A DNA stretch of 64,000 nucleotides, from NCBI GenBank assembly GCA_038208905.1, contig JBBQYG010000001.1, positions 21,727 through 85,726 on the forward strand, in the 5' to 3' direction. The position numbers and the translations under genes were made by a program. The stretch is from Candidatus Sumerlaeia bacterium (GTDB taxonomy: Bacteria > Sumerlaeota > Sumerlaeia > SLMS01). Every line of letters starts with the position of its first letter. Position 1 is the stretch's first letter. Below the pieces are notes generated by a model that was given only the letters and a program-made list of their open reading frames with translations, was not told where the DNA came from and did not search any database. Positions 57,801 to 64,000 of this stretch are shown piece by piece.

Positions 57801-57986
57801 TCGGCGGAATCATTTGTGCCATCAACGGAGGGGTTTCTGCCCGCCCTTGTCTATACGGACACCGGCCTCTCCGCCTCGGTGGCGAGCGACGCCGTGATCC
57901 TGATTGGATTCCCGATCGAGACGGTGCTGCCGCTGAAGTCACGCGACGCGCTGTTGGATGCGGCGATCAAGCACCTGTCACGGTAG
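54873..57986 (+). CDS. Exported Amidase_3-like protein with golvesin-type insert and FN3 domain ('xanthan lyase'-annotated family)
   Basis: TTG start after AGGAGAGG, signal peptide, 'PSHG', 'WQWQRAR..VED', 'VNQQ..GNTWVWLGAF...DAIRFGGG', 'WHTDA', 'PSALLE' and FN3 'YFRVTAANAGGES'. Confidence 0.75.
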   Translation: MRPANSIWSRLVILLSAMLALAFTQSAGADDARAKQLLESHIKAVQDAVTKYDQWESLFPPGTRILEVKSADGRVALAFNMSLGFRLWTAESKAELETALRKAAEGEISADAPLDITLRYDAGRGAEISYPFDDHIISPERIRALSAERSIPRPALAAPVIARLDYAGPERTGGLGGKHLVMGPSHGWTWHKENRWQWQRARVYTIVEDLFPQSYVNPFLIPMLENAGGTVWSVRERDYQTAEVIVDNDGTTELSALETAGKWFDSPVRGWRGGRPAMLDQKTLPFTLGTTLRAEVCAVDDPSSATAVYTPYIPRAGRYGVYASWAMAADNSPSVPVTVRHLAGETRFRVNQQTAGNTWVWLGAFEFAQGADVEKGSVLVQAGGATVSSSAMSAGNPSYVTIDAIRFGGGMGNIAPADMISGKPRYAEGSNTFLQYAGAPAAEVYDRPATPGHFGGDYNKDITARSEWANYLHGSPNGPNPTGRGDARNHPGLGIPVDMFLAWHTDAGFDEKGLIGTLSLWRLFDDSGNERFPDGRSRMLNRDLTGLMHAEIIRTARAQYSSTWVVRALQQRNLGEIRRPNVPSALLEVISHHNFNDMKYGNDPRFKRDMARAVYKAILRFLCAADGTEPIVQPLAPSHLSAMAGADGSVALAWRAVDDPLEPTAKPTGYIVYTSRDGVSFDNGRAAESATFRAEGIPSGETRYFRVTAANAGGESLPSRLVGARAVAGKEPILIVDGFDRISGPAIVHEERAHGFDRKLDPGVGYNYNYGLVGDQYDFDPKSAWVNDLESPGMGASLHDHEDRLELGNMFNHIAAHGDALDPKVPFDSMTADAFAAGAPTTHRVIDWIAGRQRVVMPYRGAVDNGAPDRMRPEFQVLTEPMRDRLRKHVAAGGRLLISGAHIVEDLSSSQVADEASSDFAREVLGVGFYKDRATSTNGAMAAEAGKGPFAEVDTFRFGRDLESPINILASVYPVVSAESFVPSTEGFLPALVYTDTGLSASVASDAVILIGFPIETVLPLKSRDALLDAAIKHLSR

Positions 57987-58019
57987 CATGGGCGAGCACG
58001 CGCCATGCTACCGTGGCTC

Positions 58020-58790
58020 CTATGGCTGATGGCTGCGCTTGCGCCTTCCCACCGGTTTGCCGAGGCGCCAATGCTTGTAGGGGCGATAAAGGCGCTTGCG
58101 CAGGAACCGTCCGACCTTGAGGTGCCAGGGGATGTGATCGAGTTCCGCGCGCTCGGCCTCGGTGAGGGCGTCTTCGCCGAGGTACCACTTCTTCAACTTG
58201 AAGAGCGTCACGCGGTCGATGCGGATCGCCTGGCGAAAGATCACTCCGCGTAGCCAACGCACCGGCGGGCGAAAGTGCAGGCACTGGGTGAAATCGACGA
58301 GCAAGGGCGTCGACGGATTGCCGGGCGCGCGGAGCAAGTTTTTCCGCCGCAGATCGCCGTGGTTGATGCCGCGGCGATGCATCTCGGCAAGCAGCTCGCC
58401 GAGGCGCGCGAAGTAGCGGGCGTCGAGGGAGTCGGTCCCCTTCGTCTCGGGGACGGGCTCCGCGTCGAGGAGCGTCATCTCGATGGTCCAAGGATGCGGG
58501 TGGGATAGGAATCGCGGGCACTCTGTTAGTCCCTCAAGCGCGCGCATGATGCCGGCCTCGCGCCGCGCCAGCCAGCGGCCGACGGCGATGCGCTCCCACG
58601 CCGGCCGACGCCCCCACGTCTTCCAGACGCGCGGCGTCCCCGTGCGGTCAATGATCCAGATGTCGGGCTGCGTGAAACCGCGCCCCGCCTTGAGCAGGAC
58701 CACTCCGCCCGGCGCGCCGGGCGGAGTGAGAAGCTGTGTTGATGGCGCGGGGCTTGGGATGGGAGGCGCTTCCTCTTGTTCGGATTCCAC
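58020..58790 (-). CDS. Protein-kinase-like (RIO/Kdo/InaA-type) phosphotransferase
   Basis: 'VWK', 'LARREA', catalytic 'HGDLRRKNLL' and 'LVDF'. Start approximate. Confidence 0.75.
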   Translation of the reverse strand: MESEQEEAPPIPSPAPSTQLLTPPGAPGGVVLLKAGRGFTQPDIWIIDRTGTPRVWKTWGRRPAWERIAVGRWLARREAGIMRALEGLTECPRFLSHPHPWTIEMTLLDAEPVPETKGTDSLDARYFARLGELLAEMHRRGINHGDLRRKNLLRAPGNPSTPLLVDFTQCLHFRPPVRWLRGVIFRQAIRIDRVTLFKLKKWYLGEDALTEAERAELDHIPWHLKVGRFLRKRLYRPYKHWRLGKPVGRRKRSHQP

Positions 58791-58840
58791 CGGAACGCGA
58801 TTGGTGCCGATGCGGACCCACGGCCTCAAATGCAAAGAAG

Positions 58841-58988
58841 GGGAATCGGGAATGGGGAATTGGGAATCGGCAATTGGGTCCTGCGTCCTGAGCCAGCTGT
58901 GTTGCTCACGTCTTGGCTGGACTTCACGACTTAGCGCCGCTGTCCACACGCGGCCCCACCATTCCCCGTTCCCAATTCCCCATTCCCC
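58841..58988. repeat. Inverted arrays of GGGAATN heptamers in the divergent kinase/mcsA spacer
   Basis: gggaatc-gggaatg-gggaatt-gggaatc-ggcaatt (58841-58875) versus cattccc-cgttccc-aattccc-cattccc (58960-58987). Confidence 0.8.
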
Positions 58989-59063
58989 TAAATTGGGCTG
59001 GAATCCGCCGACTACCGGGTGTAGCGTCCTGTTCAGGAGTGGCCAGCGATGGAAGGCATCAAC

Positions 59064-59612
59064 ATGAGTCTCTGTCAGGTCTGCCAGAAGAACGCGATCG
59101 CGATGAAGATCACGCGGATCGTGGATGGCGTGCCTACGGAGTACAGCGTGTGCGCCCAGTGCGCGCCATCGATCAGCCCCCATCAGGCAAAGCTGCACAG
59201 CAAGAAGGCCAAGAAGATCAGCGTCGAGAACCTGCTGAAGCAGATCATCGCGCAGGGAGAAAGCGGCGCCAAGAGCGGCGGGGGCGAGCTTGCCGAGGAC
59301 AACTCCTGCCCCGATTGCGGGCTCCCGTTTGCGCGCTATCGCCAGACGCTGATGCTCGGGTGCCCGGGGTGCTACGAGGCGTTTGGCGAGGAATTCCTGG
59401 CCGACGTCCAGAAGATACAAGGGACCACGCACCACATCGAGGAGTCGGCCCCCGCCCAGCAGCGTATCCTGGCCGACGCGCAGGCGCGGCTGGCGGCGCT
59501 CCGCCACGAGATGGAGAACTGCATCCGAGACGAGGACTTTGGCCGCGCCGCGGGCCTCCGCGACCAGATTCGACTCCTTCAGGCTTCGCTTGCCGTGGAG
59601 TCCGAAGGCTAA
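59064..59612 (+). CDS. mcsA: McsA, activator of protein arginine kinase
   Basis: Four CxxC motifs (CQVC, CAQC, CPDC, CPGC) and UVR 'EDFGRAAGLRDQI'. Alternative start at 59049. Confidence 0.88.
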   Translation: MSLCQVCQKNAIAMKITRIVDGVPTEYSVCAQCAPSISPHQAKLHSKKAKKISVENLLKQIIAQGESGAKSGGGELAEDNSCPDCGLPFARYRQTLMLGCPGCYEAFGEEFLADVQKIQGTTHHIEESAPAQQRILADAQARLAALRHEMENCIRDEDFGRAAGLRDQIRLLQASLAVESEG

Positions 59613-59620
59613 CGCCGCCC

Positions 59621-60682
59621 ATGCCGCTCCCCCCCGAAATCATCCTGCATCAACCCGAGTGGCTCGAGGAAGCCTCGCCCTGCAACCATGTGGTGGTCAC
59701 CAGCCGGGCGCGTTTCGCGCGCAACCTGGACAACCATCCGTTCTCTCCCCATGCGCCGTCGCCGATTTTGGCCCGCGTTCACGGGGCGATTCAGGAGGCG
59801 CTGGCGCGCAACCCCTACTTCGAGGACTTCTTCCGCCTGGAGCTGGCGACCACCTCGGGCCTTGATCGCGCGTTCCTCAAGGAGTCGCGCCTGATCAGCA
59901 AGGAGATGGAGCGCGGCGGAGAGAGCCGCGCGGTTTACATCCGGGCGGACCTCAAGTGCTCCGTGATGGTGAACGAGGAGGACCACCTGAGGCTCCAGTG
60001 CTTCGAGGCGGGCCTGCAAACCAACAAGGCCCAGGAGCGTCTACGCCAACTCGACGCGGAGGTGGCCCGGGTACTTGCCTACGCGCGTAGCGACCGGTTT
60101 GGGTATCTAACGGCCTGCCCTTCCAACATGGGAACGGGCCTGCGGATCAGCGTGATGATGCACCTGCCCGGGCTAACCCTGAGGCGCGAGCTGGAGGAGG
60201 CGCTGAAGGGGCTTCCCTCCCGCGGCCTCACGGTGCGTGGCTTCTATGGGGAGAACTCCGAAAACATTGGCGATTTCTTCCAGATCAGCAACGAGGTGAC
60301 CCTTGGAAAACCGGTGGATGCGATCGAGGAGAACCTTGCCTCCGCCGTGGGCACGATCATGGAGAAGGAACTGGAGGCCCGATCCTTGCTCCATCGCGAG
60401 GGGGGCTTGGCGGTTCTGGATTCCATCTGGCGCAGCTATGGAATCCTGACCAGCGCCCGGCGCATGGATTCGATGGAGGCGATGAAGCTGCTCAGCAGGC
60501 TCCGGCTCGGCGTGGACGAGGGTTTCTTTCCCGGCATTTCACACGGGCGGCTGAATCGCCTGATCGTGGAGATCCAACCCGGGCACCTGATCCTGAGACG
60601 CGGCGCGACGGACGAGACGGAGCAGCGCGATTTCAGTCGGGCCGCTCTCTTGCGAGAGTATCTTGCGGAGGCGGCGCAGTAG
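59621..60682 (+). CDS. mcsB: Protein arginine kinase McsB
   Basis: 'SRARFARN', 'NEEDHLR', 'GYLTACPSNMGTGLR' and 'FQISN'. Confidence 0.93.
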   Translation: MPLPPEIILHQPEWLEEASPCNHVVVTSRARFARNLDNHPFSPHAPSPILARVHGAIQEALARNPYFEDFFRLELATTSGLDRAFLKESRLISKEMERGGESRAVYIRADLKCSVMVNEEDHLRLQCFEAGLQTNKAQERLRQLDAEVARVLAYARSDRFGYLTACPSNMGTGLRISVMMHLPGLTLRRELEEALKGLPSRGLTVRGFYGENSENIGDFFQISNEVTLGKPVDAIEENLASAVGTIMEKELEARSLLHREGGLAVLDSIWRSYGILTSARRMDSMEAMKLLSRLRLGVDEGFFPGISHGRLNRLIVEIQPGHLILRRGATDETEQRDFSRAALLREYLAEAAQ

Positions 60683-60907
60683 CGCGCGGCGACACAGTGT
60701 ACCGCCCGACTTTTCCGACTTGGATTTTTTCCCCGCTTTCTTTCGCACTGTGTTGACGCCCCCGCGCGGGCAGGCCTAGAAACGATGCAGGGTGCGCGGC
60801 AAGCACGCCGGATCGCCGACACCGCAGGACGCAACGAAACCGAACGATGCCGCAAGGCTTCCACAACCTCACTTCGTTTTCGCCGTGACCTAAGGAGGAA
60901 CGAGACG

Positions 60908-63406
60908 ATGGCACTGAACGACACACCATTCACACCCGGCTGGAAGGAAGTCATGCGCCAGTCGCGCAACGAGGCCGGCCGCCTTGGCCACGACTACATC
61001 GGGCCGGAGCACTTCCTCCTTGGCATCATTCGCAAGGGCGAGGGGCTCGCCGTGCAGACGCTCCTCAACATGGAAGTGGATCTGGACGACCTGAAGCTGG
61101 AACTCGAGCGTATGCTCGAAGTCGGCAAGGGCCCCACGGTTGGCATCTTCCCCCAGAATGTTGAGGCGAAGAAGGTCATCGAGACGGCCCGCCAGATCGC
61201 CAAGCAGCTCAAGCACAACTGGATCGGAACGGAACACCTGCTCCTCGCCCTCATCAAGGAGGAGAACACGCTAGCGGCCCGTGTGCTAAAGCAGTTCAGC
61301 GTGGACTTCAACCGGACCAAGCGCGAGGTGCTCCAGCTGATCGAGGGGAGCAACGCGAGTTCCTCCGGCAAGACCGCCGCCCCGCGGGGCGACAACGGCG
61401 AGAAGAGCAAGACGCCGGCGCTGGATACCTTTGGCCGCGACCTGACCCAGCTGGCCCGCGAAGGGAAGCTGGACCCCGTGATCGGCCGCGAGGACGAGGT
61501 GGAGCGCATCCTCCAGATCCTGTGCCGCCGCACCAAGAATAACCCGATCCTCCTGGGCGAGCCCGGCGTCGGCAAGACCGCCATCGTGGAGGGCCTTGCC
61601 CAGCGCATCGTGAGCGAGGACATCCCCGAAATCCTGAAGGACAAGCGTCTGCTCTCCCTCGACCTCGCCGCGATCGTCGCGGGAACCAAGTACCGCGGCC
61701 AGTTCGAGGAACGCCTCAAGGCGATCATGCAGGAAATCCGGCGCAGCAAAGACGTGCTCATCTTCATCGACGAGTTGCACACCCTTGTCGGGGCGGGCGC
61801 GGCGGAAGGCGCCATCGATGCCTCCAACATGCTGAAGCCCGCACTCAGCCGCGGCGAGATCCAGTGCATCGGAGCCACGACGCTGGAGGAGTTCCGCAAG
61901 TACATCGAGAAGGACGGCGCCCTGGAGCGCCGGTTCCAGAGCATCATCATCAACCAGCCCACCCGCGACCAGGCGTACCAGATCCTCAAGGGTCTGCGCC
62001 CGCGCTATGAATCGCACCACAACGTCATCATCAGCGACGAGGCTCTCGAGTCCGCCGTGAACCTGTCCGATCGCTATGTCACCGACCGCTTCCTTCCGGA
62101 CAAGGCCATCGACGTGATCGACGAGGCTGGATCCCGGGCGCGCCTGTTGGCGAACGTTAAGCCTCAGGATATCAAGGATCTGGAGAAGTCGATTGTCGAG
62201 AAGGAGGAGGAGCTGCGCCAGCTCACCCACCAGCAGGAATTCGAGAAGTGCAAGATCGCCAAGGAAGAGCGCGACGGCCTGATCGAGAAGCGCGAGCGCA
62301 TGATGGAGGCGTGGAACGAGTCCAAGAACAAGGAGACGATGAAGACCCTCGGCAATGACGAGATGGCCTACATCGTTTCCAAGTGGACGGGCATTCCCAT
62401 CGTCCGCATGGAGGAGGAAGAGACCCGCAAGCTGATGCGCATGGAAGCCGATTTGGGCGAGCGCGTCATCTCCCAGAAGGAGGCGCTCGCCGGGATCTGC
62501 AAGGCGATCCGCCGCTCGCGTTCCGGACTCAAGGATCCCGCGCGGCCCACCGGCTGCTTCCTGTTCCTGGGCCCGACGGGTGTGGGAAAGACGGAGCTTG
62601 CCAAGGCACTCGCGGAGTTCCTCTTCGGCGAGCAGGACGCCCTCATCCGCATCGACATGTCGGAGTACATGGAGAAGTATTCCGTGAGTCGGCTGATGGG
62701 AGCGCCCCCCGGCTATGTGGGCTACGAGGAGGGTGGCCAGCTCACCGAGAAGGTGCGCCAGCGTCCCTACTCCGTGGTGCTCCTCGACGAAATCGAGAAG
62801 GCCCATCCCGACGTTTTCAGCCTGTTGCTGCAAGTGTTCGACGATGGCCGGCTCACGGATAGCTGGGGCCACGTGGTCAACTTTCGCAACACCGTCATCA
62901 TCCTGACATCGAACGTCGGCACCAAGCGCATGAAGCAGTCGCGCGCGATGGGCTTTGGCGAATCCGGCGTCGAGTCGGACTATGCCGGGATGAAGGACAA
63001 GGTGATGCAGGACGTGAAGAAGGTCTTCAATCCGGAGTTCCTGAATCGCCTGGACGAGATCACCGTCTTCCATCCGCTGTCGCAGGAAGACATCTTCCGC
63101 ATCCTCGACATCCTGATGGGCCGCCTCAACAAGCGGCTGCTGGAGAAGAACATCATCCTCACGCTCTCTCCCGCCGTGAAGGAGAAGCTGGCGGAGGAAG
63201 GATACGATCCCGAGTACGGCGCGCGTCCGCTTCGCCGCGTGATTCAGCGCCGCGTGGAGGATCCACTTTCCTACTCGCTCATCTCCGGAGAGATTCCGCA
63301 AAACTGCGAAATCGCGGCGGAATTGAAAGATGGAGAAGTCACGTTCACGGTGGTGAAGACGAAAGAGGAAGAGAAGCAAGAACCGGCGCTTTCGGGAGCG
63401 ACCTGA
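60908..63406 (+). CDS. clpC: ATP-dependent Clp protease ATPase subunit ClpC
   Basis: Two Clp_N repeats, 'GEPGVGKT', UVR middle domain and 'GPTGVGKT'. AAGGAGG RBS. Confidence 0.96.
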   Translation: MALNDTPFTPGWKEVMRQSRNEAGRLGHDYIGPEHFLLGIIRKGEGLAVQTLLNMEVDLDDLKLELERMLEVGKGPTVGIFPQNVEAKKVIETARQIAKQLKHNWIGTEHLLLALIKEENTLAARVLKQFSVDFNRTKREVLQLIEGSNASSSGKTAAPRGDNGEKSKTPALDTFGRDLTQLAREGKLDPVIGREDEVERILQILCRRTKNNPILLGEPGVGKTAIVEGLAQRIVSEDIPEILKDKRLLSLDLAAIVAGTKYRGQFEERLKAIMQEIRRSKDVLIFIDELHTLVGAGAAEGAIDASNMLKPALSRGEIQCIGATTLEEFRKYIEKDGALERRFQSIIINQPTRDQAYQILKGLRPRYESHHNVIISDEALESAVNLSDRYVTDRFLPDKAIDVIDEAGSRARLLANVKPQDIKDLEKSIVEKEEELRQLTHQQEFEKCKIAKEERDGLIEKRERMMEAWNESKNKETMKTLGNDEMAYIVSKWTGIPIVRMEEEETRKLMRMEADLGERVISQKEALAGICKAIRRSRSGLKDPARPTGCFLFLGPTGVGKTELAKALAEFLFGEQDALIRIDMSEYMEKYSVSRLMGAPPGYVGYEEGGQLTEKVRQRPYSVVLLDEIEKAHPDVFSLLLQVFDDGRLTDSWGHVVNFRNTVIILTSNVGTKRMKQSRAMGFGESGVESDYAGMKDKVMQDVKKVFNPEFLNRLDEITVFHPLSQEDIFRILDILMGRLNKRLLEKNIILTLSPAVKEKLAEEGYDPEYGARPLRRVIQRRVEDPLSYSLISGEIPQNCEIAAELKDGEVTFTVVKTKEEEKQEPALSGAT

Positions 63407-63433
63407 GAACGGCTGCAAGCGGAAAAACGACGA

Positions 63434-63478
63434 CTCCGGGAGTTTCGCTTCACGAAACTCCCGGGGAAGTTTTTTTTT
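63434..63478 (+). terminator. Intrinsic terminator after clpC
   Basis: 12-bp stem ccgggagtttcg / cgaaactcccgg with a 5-nt loop, then a T9 run. Confidence 0.85.
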
Positions 63479-63739
63479 CTGGCCCCGGAATCGGAGAGTT
63501 TTGCAGGCCTTTTTTGCACCATTGACAACACTGCCTTTACGAATTTCCTTCGCCCCTCTTTTGGGGAAAGGGGAACGATCAAAAGCTCTCATTCGCGCCT
63601 CTATGGCGTTCATTCTATTCGGGTTGTACCGGGTTCCGTTTTCTCGATTTCACAAACCCCTTGCTCTGGCAGCCATGCCAAGCAATGTTCCGAGGCCCCG
63701 CCACCCGTTGGCGGCATCGGCAGTCGAGGAGAAACCAAC

Positions 63740-64000
63740 ATGGCAAAGACCGCAGGTCCCCCTATCGTCACAATCCTCGACGATGTTGAGAAGTGCGAAA
63801 AGGATGTGATCGAATCCCTGTTGGCGATTCCCGATGGGCGCTCCGTCCGGGTGATCATAAACTCAGGCGGCGGAAGCGTCTATGCCAGCTTGGCGATCGC
63901 CACGGTGATCAAGATGAAGCAGCTCCGGGCCGAGGCCGTGGTTCTGGCGGACTGTAGCAGCAGCGCCTTGCTGATCTTTGCGGCCTGTGAGACCCGCCGG
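63740..64000 (+). CDS. Divergent ClpP/crotonase-fold protease-like gene, 3' truncated by window edge (absent from ORF track)
   Basis: GAGGAG RBS. Hand translation MAKTAGPPIVTILDDVEKCEKDVIESLLAIPDGRSVRVIINSGGGSVYASLAIATVIKMKQLRAEAVVLADCSSSALLIFAACETRR. Confidence 0.75.
   Translation, partial: MAKTAGPPIVTILDDVEKCEKDVIESLLAIPDGRSVRVIINSGGGSVYASLAIATVIKMKQLRAEAVVLADCSSSALLIFAACETRR

Noticed and set aside
60683-60907. Riboswitch or ncRNA in long spacers (also 43050-43298, 51943-52221, 63480-63739)
   Set aside because: Only short hairpins seen, with no recognisable conserved RNA motif. An Rfam scan would be needed.

Overview
High-GC bacterial chromosomal window of about 45 genes, mostly housekeeping and envelope functions. 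It contains a Mn/Zn/Fe ABC permease pair each fused to a DtxR-like domain, tatA, two pilus-retraction ATPases, aroA, grpE-cbpA, a nucleotide-sugar pair, polA-coaE-rho, a pilMN fusion with a 1420-aa TPR-bearing secretin, LPS glycosyltransferases with an O-antigen-ligase-like gene, a di-heme protein, a His-rich protein, two serine hydrolases, a Bacteroides-type serine palmitoyltransferase, a PorU-like C25 peptidase, glgA, an ArsR-CoADR-rhodanese sulfur operon, an amidase/golvesin protein and mcsA-mcsB-clpC followed by a ClpP-like gene. The lineage is uncertain; a pilin-tail motif (YDPTNGT) reminds me of Sumerlaeota-like candidate phyla, which is unverified recall. No rRNA, tRNA, CRISPR array or intact transposase was seen. 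The best leads are: (1) a possible non-T9SS surface-display system, combining an intact C25 sortase-like peptidase directly after spt, two unrelated exported proteins ending in a linker plus aromatic-x-[L/V]-R, and an atypical secretin; (2) the double permease-DtxR fusion; (3) several families of short-period palindromic intergenic elements; (4) gene remnants and a doubly frameshifted gene. All product calls come from motif recognition only, with no database search.
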